From positions 94,054,001-94,118,000 of the forward strand of contig OZ024744.1 in NCBI GenBank assembly GCA_964016885.1: 64,000 nt of DNA. The letters are read 5' to 3'. A program made the position numbers and the translations under genes. Shown here piece after piece: positions 25,161-37,370 of this stretch; the first letter of the stretch is position 1, and each line of letters starts with the position of its first letter. This DNA comes from Eledone cirrhosa (lineage: Eukaryota). Under the pieces are notes generated by a model that saw only the letters and a program-made list of their open reading frames with translations, had not been told where the DNA came from and searched no databases.

Positions 25161-25437
25161 CGTGTGTATGTGCATGTGTATATGTGTATGTATGTGCCTA
25201 CATGTATATGTGTGTAGTATGTGTAAGTGTATGTGCATGTGTGTATGAGTGTCTGTCTGTCTTTATCGCATGTGTGTGAGTGTATCTATGTATGTGAGTG
25301 TGTGTGTAATGTATGCATTGCTACATACACATCCACCTGATATACATTCTTTACCAAGTCTTATTTATTCTCAAGATATTTAAATAAACCAATTTAAATA
25401 AAATGAAGGAAATATACAAATGAAATCAAAATTTTAC

Positions 25438-25500
25438 CTCGTTTATTTGCTTTATGATATCATTTTTTCGTTTTTTCACTTTATCTTCGAGAATTTTATT
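25438..25500 (-). CDS. EIF2AK4: Charged-linker exon of the GCN2-like gene
   Basis: tttttttctttttaag|AAT..GAG|gtaaa, 63 bp, phase 0-0. Translates NKILEDKVKKRKNDIIKQINE. Confidence 0.68.
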
Positions 25501-25576
25501 CTTAAAAAGAAAAAAATAATAATAAACAAACAATTATGGTAAAAAATAAAGTAATTGTTTAATTAACAAACTTATA

Positions 25577-26025
25577 TTAACCCTTTAGCATTTACATTAC
25601 TCTATATTTACTATTATATTTTCATGGAAAAGGCTTTACCTTACATAATACCTTACATAATATCAAATCTATGAGATTTTATATTATTTATTTTGAGAAC
25701 AATACCTTAACATTAGTATGAGTGGCAGGTTACAGCCAGTTTCAACAGAAAGAGGTGAGAAAATGGTGGTTGGATGTGGTCAGTTTAAATACTAAAAGGT
25801 TAACCCTTTAACATTTACATTACTCTATATATACTATTGTATTTTCGTGGTAAGAGGTTTTATCTTGTGTAGTTATCTCACATAATATTGAATCTATGAG
25901 ATTTTGATATTATTTATTTTGAGAACAATTCATTAATATCAGCATGAGAGGCAGATTACAGCCAGTTTGAACAGAAAGAGGTAAGAGCTGGTCGGATATG
26001 GCCGGTTTAAATACTAAAGGGTTAA
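25577..26025. mobile_element. Tandem dimer of a piggyBac-type MITE sharing a central TTAA
   Basis: TTAA|CCCTTTAGCATTTA..TAAATACTAAAAGG|TTAA|CCCTTTAACATTTA..TAAATACTAAAGGG|TTAA; units ~219 bp. Confidence 0.8.
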
Positions 26026-26124
26026 AACATGTATGTGAGCAGCATGGACTTATGCACTTGAACACACAAATGTACAGACATGGAATGGGCCTCAGATTTG
26101 CTGACGTGTGTTCCAGTTATTTGG

Positions 26125-26385
26125 GTCATATCCGGCCAGAACTTTCTCACCTCTTTCAGTTCAAACCAGCCATAACTGACCACTCATACTGATGTTAAGG
26201 TATTGTTCTCAAAATAAATAATATCAAAATCTCGTAGATTTGATATTATGTGAGGTAAAGCCTTTACTGTGAAAATATAATTGTTTCTACTTTAGGCACA
26301 AGGCCAGCAATTACCCAGTGCATTACTGGTACTTTATTTTGGTTTACTGTGAAAATATAATAGTATATATAGAGTAATGTAAATG
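26125..26385 (-). mobile_element. Third, inverted partial MITE copy interrupted by a SINE 3' fragment with target-site duplication
   Basis: TTTACTGTGAAAATATAAT is duplicated at 26263 and 26343 around a minus-strand SINE tail. Confidence 0.7.
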
Positions 26386-26675
26386 TTGAATGATTAAACT
26401 TGGGATCTTATGAATGAAAAACAAACTTCTTAACCATTCAGTTATGTCGCACCCACAGTACACACACACACATATACACAAACACACACAAACACACACA
26501 TAATGACATTTTCCTTGAACCTGCAATAACTGATCTTGGTTTACTCTTCTTCAATTATCAGTTATATATATTATGCTTATCCTCATAATCCACCAGGCCA
26601 TAACAGAAGGGTTTATAACCAGCCAACCATAGGAACTAGTACTAAAAGCTGAATCAGTAGAAAATCTAAAGGTCT

Positions 26676-27172
26676 ACATGTGATGCGTATGAAGGACAAC
26701 AGCTGTATAAAAAAAAGTGCAGAGAGATCAAAATTGATGGAAGCTACGGAGTGGGTAGACCAAGAAAAACCTGGGGCGAGTTGATAAAAACTGACCTTGC
26801 TCACTTACACCTCTCTAAGACAATTGTCACTGGATCGAGATCTTTGGCGCTATGCAGTTGTACAGAAGACCCGCCTTCCCTTGCATACAAACTTAAACCA
26901 ACAGTCAGTAGACACCTCTTAACCCAATATACACCCCACGCCACACACCATACTCCCATTTCCGTAGGTGACATGACAAAAAGCACCCAGTCCACGCTGT
27001 AAAGTGGTCGTATAGGAGACACAGTAAAATGGCTCCCAGTCCACACTGTAAATGTGGTTGGTGTTAGGAAGGGCATCCAGTTGTAGAAAACCTGCTGGGG
27101 ATAGTCCTGTACAAGCGAGACACGGTCTCCTGACCAATCTTGCCTCAAGTGGGACAAAACCGTCCATCCCTC
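26676..27172 (+). mobile_element. 3' fragment of RTE family B with long 3' UTR
   Basis: GRPRKTWGELIKTDL C-terminus, then GGTTGGTGTTAGGAAGGGCATCCAG module and RTE 3' end. Confidence 0.8.
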
Positions 27173-27917
27173 CATCCGTCACGGTCACTTTATATAGAGA
27201 GGGGGGAGCACCAAACAAGACATATGTACATAGATAGAGAGAGAAAATAAAACACCATGTCTTTTTGAAGTGTCAGAAAGAGGTAGATAGAGAGAAAGTT
27301 ACGACATCGACCTCATCTACATAGAGAAGGGGAGAGCCAAGCAAGAGATATGTACATAGGGAATGATGTGTGTTTTCGAGGTGACAGAAAGCAGTAGCTA
27401 GAGAGAGAGTTATGACTTCCCCCTCCTCTATATAGAGAGAGGTGGAGTGCCAAGTGAAAGAGATGTGCATAAAAAGAGAGAGAAAAGGAACATCATTTGT
27501 TTAGAGAGAGAAAGAGAGGGTTTGTGTGTGATAGAAAGATGGAGAAGATGTCGCTCTCATCTAGAAAGTAAGAAAGAGGATATGATCCTGTCCTATCAGA
27601 AATACGACCATCCTAGATATAGAAAAATAGTGGAGTTAAAAGCCCCATTCTGTGTACCCAGACTAAACTACATACACACAAGAGGTGTGATAAGATTATA
27701 CACAGGTTAACAGATGGTTGTCAGATCAATTTCATAAAAATTAGCATAAAATGTTCATACAGTAGCAGGCTGTGTGAAAAAGTAGCCCAAAATTAAAACT
27801 TGGGTAATAAATTATATATATATATATATCATTATCATTGTTTAACATATGTTTTCTCTGCTAGCAAGGGTTGGACAATAGTATTTATATCAACAGTTTG
27901 ACATGTTACTGCATTAC

Positions 27918-27956
27918 CAGCAGTTTCAAAACAAATATATCTATCTCTTCAGATGT
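27918..27956 (-). CDS. Possible further upstream exon of the kinase gene (tentative)
   Basis: ttttacttatttccag|ACATCT..CTGCTG|gtaatg, 39 bp, phase 0-0, TSEEIDIFVLKLL. Compatible in phase only. Confidence 0.3.
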
Positions 27957-28059
27957 CTGGAAATAAGTAAAATTAAAAAAACAAGTTGGAGAATGCAGCT
28001 TAGTGTCTGAACCCCCTTATAATGAGACACTAGAAAAAAGATTTAAGGAAAAGCATAAC

Positions 28060-28400
28060 GTAATTTTACCCTCCATTTAATGTCAGTGTATCTACAAATA
28101 TAGAACTTCTTGTCTCTAATATACTTTCCAAATAGCCACAAATACCACAATCACTTCAACACACATACTGTTAAGATTACTTATTCCTGTCTAGATAGCA
28201 TCATTCCCCTTCAAAAATATTATTTTTTTCATTTTTCTTCTTCTTACTCTCATCTATTATTCTATTTTTCCTTTTAATCTCATCTTCTGATAAAAGATTA
28301 ATGTCTGAAACATCAAGACTCTTTTCTTACTATATCTAGCATTAAACTAATATAATGTTTATCTTCATTTGTTTCATTGTGTTGTCTATCCATTTACTTT
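28060..28400 (+). mobile_element. Old PLE remnant with degenerate hammerhead
   Basis: Encodes FYPPFNVSVSTNI and FNTHTVKITYSC (compare FFNPPFNLNVSTNL..NKNTIKISYS at 53580-53720). TCTT-CTGATAA..GAAAC-ATC-AAGA near 28285. Confidence 0.55.
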
Positions 28401-28438
28401 TCACATACATATGTGTGTGTGTGTATGTATATATATAG

Positions 28439-28769
28439 AGGCACATGGCTTAGTGGTTAGAGCATTGGGCTTGCAATCAAAAGGTTGTGAGTTCAATTCT
28501 CAGATCGGGTGATGTGTTGTTTCCTTGAGCAAGACATTTTATTTCACATTGCTCCAGTCTACTCAGCTGTAGAAATGAGATGGGGTCCATATCATTCCAC
28601 TGCAAAGTGGTCATGGAGGTGCCACGGCAAAAAAGCACCCAGCACTCACTGTAAATGAGGTTGGTGTTAGGAAGGGCATCCAGCTGTAGAAATCATGCCA
28701 GAATCAGTTCCTATCCCACCCTTGTAAGCAGGGAAAAGCAGACGTAAAATGAAATGGTGATGATGATGA

Positions 28770-28773
<4 letters not shown>
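28439..28773 (+). mobile_element. Full tRNA-CORE SINE with bipartite RTE-derived 3' part
   Basis: tRNA head, CORE-like CCTTGAGCAAGACA, RTE-UTR motif GGAAGGGCATCC, RTE 3' end GCAGGGAAAAGCAGACGTAAAATG and (GAT)n. Confidence 0.85.
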
Positions 28774-28804
<31 letters not shown>

Positions 28805-28847
28805 GGAATACTGTTGGCTTCTTGCTACAATACTTTCTATACCTTTC

Positions 28848-28906
<59 letters not shown>

Positions 28907-29371
28907 CATGTATATATATATATATATTTACGTTGCATTACTACCATGTTGTTTGTTTCCTTTCCTCTGTTTTCCTCTGACCCGATAACTTAATTTAGTT
29001 ATCGCTGGCACTGATTTTAGGTATCTAGTCTTTAATGCAAAGAAATACCAACGATAATCAGCAGGCTACTGATGAAGGACATTCTTGTTTCTCGGTCTAT
29101 TTTTATTCATATATATACATATATATATATATAAAATGAAGTTAATATGGCCACGGGTACTAAGTACCCCTGGAAATATATAGGTTGTCTATGATACAGG
29201 GCTGTTCAATGGTATTAATTTGACATACCAGAACTATGTTTTGTGAAGCGAAACCGTTCGGTAAAAGCACTGGAGTGAGTAAATATTTAAATTATATTTT
29301 TTAATTTATTTTTTTAAAATTGTTTGAATTTTGCTTGTTCTGCTTATTTCAATACTATATATATATATATG

Positions 29372-29711
29372 TCATCATCATCATCATCATTTTACATCCG
29401 CTTTTCCCTGCTTGCAAGGGTGGGATGGGAACTGATTCTGGCATGATTTCTACAGCTGGATGCCCTTCCTAACACCAACCTCATTTACAGTGAGTGCTGG
29501 GTGCTTTTTTGCCGTGGCACCTACACGTCCACTTTGCAGTGGAATGATATGGACTCCAGTCCCTATCATCTCATTTCTACAGCTGAGTAAACTGGAGCAA
29601 TGTGAAATAAAGTGTCTTGCTCAAGGAAACAACACATCACCCAATCTGAGAAATGAACTCACAACCTTTCGATTGCAAGGCCAATGCTCTAACCACTAAG
29701 CCATGTGCCTC
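29372..29711 (-). mobile_element. Same SINE family, opposite orientation
   Basis: Reverse complement aligns along the whole of 28439-28773. Confidence 0.85.
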
Positions 29712-29742
29712 CATATGTGCATATATATATATATATATATAT

Positions 29743-29934
29743 ATAGGAACCAGTAAGACCCCGACAGCTGAGCTCAAGCCGTTTCGACGGCTAATTCTGG
29801 ACAGAATTAGCCGTCGAAACGGCTTGAGCTCAGCTGTCGGGGTCTTACTGGTTCCTATTACCCACTCTACTACCTCAAGTATTGAGTACTTTGGTGCGTT
29901 ATGGTCCACCTGGTTCCTTACCACATTTCCTTCG

Positions 29935-29938
<4 letters not shown>
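29743..29938. mobile_element. pLTR-like fragment with a perfect 56-bp fold-back centred on a hammerhead stem II
   Basis: Arms 29743-29798 and 29803-29858, loop GGAC. The right arm holds GAAAC-stemIII-GTC. Confidence 0.7.
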
Positions 29939-29967
<29 letters not shown>

Positions 29968-29995
29968 AACAAAAGATGGTTGAAGGAGTTCCATG

Positions 29996-30066
29996 TATTT
30001 TATTATGCGCATTTCAAAAACAAATATCATCATGCAATAATATTTGTGTTTTCATCAGATAAAACA
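29996..30066 (-). ncRNA. Type I hammerhead ribozyme (inverted pLTR copy)
   Basis: Reverse complement of 31526-31596. Confidence 0.8.
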
Positions 30067-31525
30067 GGAGAACATGATATGAAGGCTAAAAAACACTTGT
30101 GGATAGTTCAGTTTTAAATCAACATATGAGAAGTAGTTTTAGATTGATGTGTGATATTGGGAAAAATATTTTATTTAGAGGGGGGGGGGGGATGAAAAAA
30201 GCTCGTCTTTATAACCATCATTCATCTTTTAAATACAAACTTAAAAGAACCAACACGGCTCTCTCAGAACTCATATGGTCCTTGAAAGACAAAAACATTA
30301 AATATAGCATCTTTTGGAAGAAGGTCTCTTCTGCGTCTTCATGCTTGAACAGTTCTCTATCTAAAATCTGCAATCTCTGTCTAAATGAAAAATTTACCAT
30401 TATCTCTAATCTAGATTCTATAATAAATAGACGCACTGACTTGTTTTCTATCTGCTTGCATAAATTCCATAAAACATTTCACAAAGTATACAGCTAATAT
30501 TCAATTCTTTATCAATTTAGAATCTTTTTCTCAAAGGCACATATATATATATACACTTCTTTTAAAAATATACCCATCTTTCTACCTTATTTCAAAGGTT
30601 ATTATACATTCTATAATACTTGTTTACTCATTACTCTTACTCTATATCACCTTGTAAAATCCTTCGTAAACATATACATTTTTTTTTACGCTAGATTATT
30701 CATCCTCAATTCATTATTCTTTTCTCCCTATCATCTAACTCATTATTCTCAATACATATTAACATTTTCTTTTTCTTCGCACATATTATCAAATCCTTCA
30801 ATATACAAACCTTAACTTTACATTATTTTTCTCAAATCCTTCAATATACAAACCTTAACTTTACATTATTTTTCTCTTCGTTAATTTTCAAATTTCCATA
30901 ATACTTGTTGACTCTTTCTACATCACCCATATTTATCACTTCCTTTTCTTCTCTTCTAATATCTAACCCCTAATCTGTACCTTTTCTCACTCTTGCCTAA
31001 CATAGAATCAATTATTACATAATACAACACATTCTTACTCTATATCACCCTATAAAAATCCTTCGTAAACATATACATTTTTTTTGACGTTAGAATATTC
31101 ATCCGCAATTCATTATTCTTTTCTCCCTATCATCTAACTCATTATTCTCAATACATATTAACTCCTTCTCTTTCTTCGCACATATTTTTCTCTTTTTCTC
31201 TTCGTTAATTTTCAAATTCTTTTAATTTATACATTATCTTCCAACGGTTTTCAACCTCTCTATATAAAACAATATATCTTTCTCAGTTATAAAAACTATC
31301 TCTCTCTCTCTATCACCCATCTCTCCTCCTATCTCATCCTTCCTCACTATACTCCTCTCTCTCCACCTTCACTCTCATCTCCTCCCCTTTTTTCATCTTT
31401 TCCACCCCACCCTCTAAATAAAATATTTTTCCCAATATCACACATCAATCTAAAACTACTTCTCATATGTTGATTTAAAACTGAACTATCCACAAGTGTT
31501 TTTTAGCCTTCATATCATGTCCTCC

Positions 31526-31596
31526 TGTTTTATCTGATGAAAACACAAATATTATTGCATGATGATATTTGTTTTTGAAATGCGCATAATAAAATA
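31526..31596 (+). ncRNA. Minimal type I hammerhead ribozyme
   Basis: TGTTTTAT-CTGATGA-stemII-GAAA-TGCGCA-TA-ATAAAATA, with a palindromic stem III. Confidence 0.85.
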
Positions 31597-31722
31597 CATG
31601 GAACTCCTTTAACCATCTTTTGTTCTTATATATTATGTATACTCCAGTCCCACAAACTGTAGAGTGCTTCTTATCCGATATCTGCATTGCTTTATTGTAC
31701 TACAATAAAACTCACCTCCTAC

Positions 31723-31768
<46 letters not shown>

Positions 31769-31871
31769 TAAGATGTATGGTAGGTCGTATGTGAATCGCG
31801 ATGATCACGTCTGACTTACCAAATATGTGACGGTAGCTAGTTAAGCTCTATGCGTATACGCATAGCAGAAA

Positions 31872-33941
31872 TATTAGTGAAAAAGAACAAAGGAACTATT
31901 ATGACATTTTAACAAGTTTATTGCCGACAGCCGTTTCGTCCAACCATATGGTGGGACTTTTCAAGGCATATAACATGTGACTGTAAGATCATTATCTACA
32001 TCAACGTATCACTCAAGGCTAGCAGTTTGAAATTGTGGTATACATCAGCAGTTCGGCTTGTATAGTTGGGGTCTATATTCTAAGGGGGCTCTTTTATATT
32101 AGTTGTCGGGGTCAGGGATTGAAGGTTAAAAATTAGATAATATATAATTTACGCATTAACAGTAAACTAAAAGACTTGGGGTCCCGTAGAAGCACCTTAA
32201 AAAATCCCTCAATAAGTGCATAAAGCTTACAGGCTCCAATAAACCTACTAAACTAGAAGAAATTAAGAGGCTAATAAAATAAAAAATAAAAATATAAAGT
32301 TTCCCTAGAAAAATATATAAAGTTTCCTATGAAATTCCTTCTAGAGAAAAAAGTTTTTTTCCGAAAGAAAAAAACTTTCTTCCCCCGAGATCATGTTTAC
32401 AAATTTCAGAAAACTTACGAAGTTTTGATATTTCCTACTGTGTTGAAAGAAACTAATCAATTAAAGGTTAATTCAAAGAGCCTTCTATAGTTCTCTCAGA
32501 AAAGGCCCCTTTAATATTTTTAATAGGAACCTCCTCCGAGAGACCCTTCGAAGAATTAAAATTTTAGAGAGCCTTTAAGGATATATATAAAAACGAATTG
32601 AGGAAAACTATACATTAAAAGTTAAAAATTACGGTATTTGGGATATCCGAGGAATTTTCCAAGGGCTGCTTCAACAGATACAACTTAGGCATAATATATA
32701 CAATAATTTAAGTAATTTAAGTAATTTAATTAGGGAGCAATTCAAAGAGTTTATCAAGTTGGGCAAGATTAAAGAGAGTGGTAAATAAGAAAATACATAA
32801 GCAAAAAGACAATAATTATAAAATGTATTTTTAAGAAGGTATAAGGTAGCTTCAGTAATCTAACAATGTATTATCACAAAAAATTATTATAAAATTATTG
32901 ATACAGGATTAACAAAGACATAATAATATATATTCCTGCCTAATTAACAAGTAATCAAAACACTATTAACAGTCAGGCAAAATTAGCTCAGGGATATCCC
33001 GCGCTCGGATACTTTACACACACACAGCAACACATAGGATTAGCACAGACACAATGGTATATTCCTGCCTAATTAACAAACAATCGATTAACAATTGATG
33101 GTCAATAAAATGAACTCAGGGATATCCCGCGCACGGATATTTACATACATACAACAGGATGAACAGTACTGGTGACCGTGTGGGCGCGATATCCATTATA
33201 CGTATGTAGTCATCTGCATAGCTCCAGGCACAGCTGGTGTTGTTTAAAAGTTCATAGTTCACGGATCAACTGGGATTCACTATCAGCTGCGTGGACTCTC
33301 TGGGAGATGTACCTGTGGTTTCAATAGCTAGTGGTTGCTGGGTGTGGTCCTTTCGATCTTTTAGTTTCAGGGGTTGCACGCTTTCGGCCGGTTCTAAGTC
33401 CAAGGTCTTGCTACATAGGATGTATTGGTCTACATGCCATATTGGTAAAAAAACCAGTGTGGATTTGACTGGGGTGGTATATTACGAACTCCAAGCCCAC
33501 ACGCGACTGGTCAAAAGCGAAGGGCTGTCCCCTCTTTGTTTGCTGTATGGGTCGGTTCCAGCTTAGATGGTGGTCGTGTTATCCATATTCCGTCAGCCCT
33601 GTATATTCAAGACAGATCAGGGTATATATTTGCGGGTATGGTCCGGCGTCTACGTTATCCAGAGGGTCTCACTTGTGGTACTTTCAAGTTCGCATGTCAA
33701 TCCCTGACCCCGACAACTAATATAAAAGAGCCCCCTTAGAATATAGACCCCAACTATACAAGCCGAGCTGCTGATGTATACCACAATTTCAAACTGCTAG
33801 CCTTGAGTGATACGTTGATGTAGATAATGATCTTACAGTCACATGTTATATGCCTTGAAAAGTCCTACCATGGGGTCGGACGAAACGGCTGTCGGCAATA
33901 AACTTGTTATAATGTCATAATAGTTCCTTTGTTCTTTTTCA

Positions 33942-33947
<6 letters not shown>
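31872..33947 (+). mobile_element. ORF-less PLE-type element with inverted partial pLTR
   Basis: 31872-32125 is the reverse complement of ~33695-33947. Degenerate hammerhead TGCC-TTGAAAA-GTCC..GGAC-GAAAC-GGCT-GTC-GGCA at 33851-33897. (TA)n at the right end. Confidence 0.7.
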
Positions 33948-34030
<83 letters not shown>

Positions 34031-34034
34031 GCAG

Positions 34035-37000
34035 AGGTTAAATTTAATTTGTTAGGATTCAACAAGCTTAAAAATGTTTATAACTGATATAGGCCAGGAT
34101 TGCCTAAAAAGTCTCAAAAATAATATAGAAAGCTTTGAAAAAACGGAAAAAATTCTAGTTAAATCAGATAAAACCAAAATCTTTATGGAATGCAAAAGGA
34201 TAATTACAATGATCTTATATTGAAGGAATTAAGGAAGAATTTCTTCAGTATAAGATCATTGTAATTATCCTTTTGCATTCCATAAAGATTGTTGGTTTTA
34301 TCTGATTTAACTAGAATTAAGGAAGAATTACAAAAGAGCAACCAGTGATGACCTTGAAAAACTAAATACGGAAGCTTCTTATATAATGCAAGAATTAGGC
34401 ATCGAAAATAGGACTCAACCCTTCATACCTAGGAAACCAAAAATTAATATGAAGGACCATAAAAGAAATTTTGAAATTGAATTACCAGTTAGATTGATTG
34501 CACCATCTAAATCGGACCTTGGCATACTTAGCAAGAATATTTTAGATAGAATCATACCACAAATTAAGGAATTATCTTATTTAAAATTATGGAATGGGAC
34601 TAACGAAGTTATCAAATGGTTTAAAGACATTAAATATAATTATAATAATAAGTTTATTCAATTGGATATTGCTAATTATTACTCATCCATCACTCCTAAT
34701 CTACTTAATAAAGCACTAACATATGCATTTAAATATACAGATTTAACTAGTAATGAAATGCTAATTATATTAACTGCACGTAAAACATTAATTAAATTTA
34801 ACAACCACCTCTGGACTAGAGCAGATAGAGATAATAATTTTGATATTACTATGGGATCATCTGACTCGGCACAAATAACGGATCTTGTGGGGCTTTTTAT
34901 TAACAATACTTTACATAGGAAAATACCGGAGATGACCAGTGGTTTATATCGTGACGATATGCTATTACTTATACAATGTTTTAATTGCCTTAATCTTAAA
35001 GTAGAAGTAGAGAATAATTATAAAATAGTTAATTTTTTAGATGTAACTTTAAACCTTAACACTGGTCTTTATTATCCATTTCATAAAATCAATGAGAATC
35101 TAAACTATGTTAACTTTAATTCCAATCACCCCAGATCCGTTAAAAACACCATTGTAAATTCTGTGCAGCAACGTATTTCTAGAATTTCAGCTAATGAAAA
35201 TATATTTGAAAATAAGCACAATATTATAACAAAGCATTAGGTAGAGCAGGCTATAGTAATAAAATTAAATACATTGATAATAAGGATGTGCCAACTAACC
35301 ATAAATATAAATATTATAATAGAAAACCTTACACTAACTCGAAAACCAAAAGAAGAAATAGAACTAGAAATATATTATGGTTACCTCCCCCTTTCTCATT
35401 AAGTATTAAAACTCCTATTGCGAAATTATTCTTTAAAGCTCTAGATAAATGCTTTCCTAGACATATTATTAAACTATCATACTCCACCACTATGAATTTA
35501 GCGCAGAATATTAATAGAATTAATAATAGAAACTTAAAACCTAGCCAGAATACCATTAATACCCCTAGCAATATCCAATATAATGTTACGGCTCCCAGTA
35601 ATTTAAATTTAGATAAATGTAATTGTAGAAATATATCTAACTGTCCTCTAAATAATAATTGTTTAGTTAAAAATATAGTAGACAATTGTAATGTATAAAC
35701 AAATGTAAACTCCTTTAATTATGTAGGCTCTACCTCCACGGACTTTAGTTGCGTTTTAATAACCACAAATGTTCTTTTACGAATATCGGTAAAAAATCTT
35801 CAACTTCTCTATCTAACTTACTATGGGACCTGAAATCAAAGAACATTAACTATTCTTTACTTTGGAATATTATCTCCAAAGCTCCTTCATACACGGCTTT
35901 ATCCCAAAATTGCTCTCTTTGGGTCGAAGAAATATTCTTTATACTAAAAAGTAAGAACTCTATTAATTTGAGGTATAATTTATCATTTAAATTCAACTTT
36001 TAAATATATATATAAAATGTAATATACGACTTATCTCTTTTACATAATGTCTTCTATATCCATATATGATTCATATACTTAATTTATTTTCTATTATTTC
36101 ACCTATCAATAGATTATAAAATTCCTTTATGACTGTTTGAAACTCCTTTAAGGAAAATTTTTTCTTGAAAAACTTACTGAAGGGTTTATGAAAATCTTTT
36201 AAAAATTCCTTTGAAGGATATAGAAAAACTATATTTTTATATTTTTATATTTTTATATTCTTATATTTTCAAAACGTTTAAGATATATATCCAAATGTTT
36301 ATATATATGTGGAAAAACATGTTTTTTTTTTTGTATATATGTGGAGTAACCTATGGTTTATGCTTTAAATATATTCTTATGAAAATTTTTTTAAATGCTC
36401 TAACTTTATAGCAAGTAAATTTATGACTTCGTATAAAATAACATATGGTTCATGTTTTAATTACATTCTTAAGATAGAAAATTTAACTTCTTAACTTTAT
36501 AGCATTTAATCCTTAGAGTCATCTGAGTTCTTAAAAAAATCACTTATAACTTCCTTTACGCTCCTTTACTGTTTTTATAACTAAGTGGTTATTCTTTTGT
36601 AAACTCTCGAAAGTTTTCCATAAATTTAGAATTATTTAGATATTTTAAATTTTGACTTACTACTTTTAATTAATAAAATAAACTATAATATATATTTTTA
36701 ATAATTTATAATCCTTAACATACACATTTAAACTAATTATTAAATTAAACTAAACCTCTAATCAAATTTTTTTCAACCTATCATTATAAATATTATAATC
36801 AAAACATCACGAATCCTGCATTATAAATATTATTCCTCCACGCTATCCTCATTTCTTCTTTCCTCTCACGTAAATATACTTACGCTGTATTTGTCCTTTG
36901 TAACTAATATGTTCTCTCACTTAAAAATATAATTACGCTCTCCTCTCGTCACACTATTTTCACTGTCAAAAATATATAATCATTCCTTCTTTTTTCTTTC

Positions 37001-37335
37001 TTTCTTTCTTTTTTTTTTCTCTCTCCCTCACAATATCACCTTCTTCCAACAGTTTAATTTAAATAAACCGTTATCTTTTAAACCTTTAGGACACTCATTT
37101 GCATACTCAATCATAACTTTCTATCACCCTCATGAAAAATATATCTCCACTATCCAGGAAGCTCCAACTATTAAGGTTGTCTTTTTTCAGGGTATGTCAA
37201 TATTTATTTATAAAACTGATCTATATTATATTTTATCTGATGAAAGCACACCATAATTTATCTTGGTGTCCTTGAAATATGTATAATGAAATAAATATGG
37301 TTTTATAAATATAGTTTCCATTTGTTAATATATCG
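34035..37335 (+). mobile_element. Hydra-type Penelope-like element, disrupted
   Basis: RT with KDHK, QLDI..YYSSI, TMGS.DSAQ, GLYRDD and FLDV. Linker CNCRNISNCP (CxCx5C), GIY-YIG remnant (YVGSTST) and 3' hammerhead. Lies between (TA)n tracts. Confidence 0.88.
37229..37293 (+). ncRNA. Type I hammerhead ribozyme in the PLE 3' pLTR
   Basis: TATTTTAT-CTGATGA-AAGCACACC..GGTGTCCTT-GAAA-TATGTA-TA-ATGAAATA. Confidence 0.75.
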
Positions 37336-37370
37336 TATATATATATATATGTATATAAATATATGTGTAT

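Larger units (their letters stand above)
29963..31723 (+). mobile_element. 5'-truncated PLE (GIY-YIG C-terminus plus pLTR) preceded by an inverted partial pLTR
   Basis: 30200-30497 encodes RLYNHHSSF..TALSELIWSLK..CNLCLNEK. 29963-30190 is the reverse complement of ~31405-31630. Flanked by (TA)n. Confidence 0.85.

Noticed and set aside
27185-27490. Three degenerate purine-rich repeats ~110-130 bp apart
   Set aside because: Too diverged and low in complexity to assign; no termini or coding signal.
29060-29195. CTGATGA ... GAAA-TATA-TA hammerhead-like motif with a very long stem II
   Set aside because: Stem I pairing is not convincing and stem II is interrupted by a TA run.
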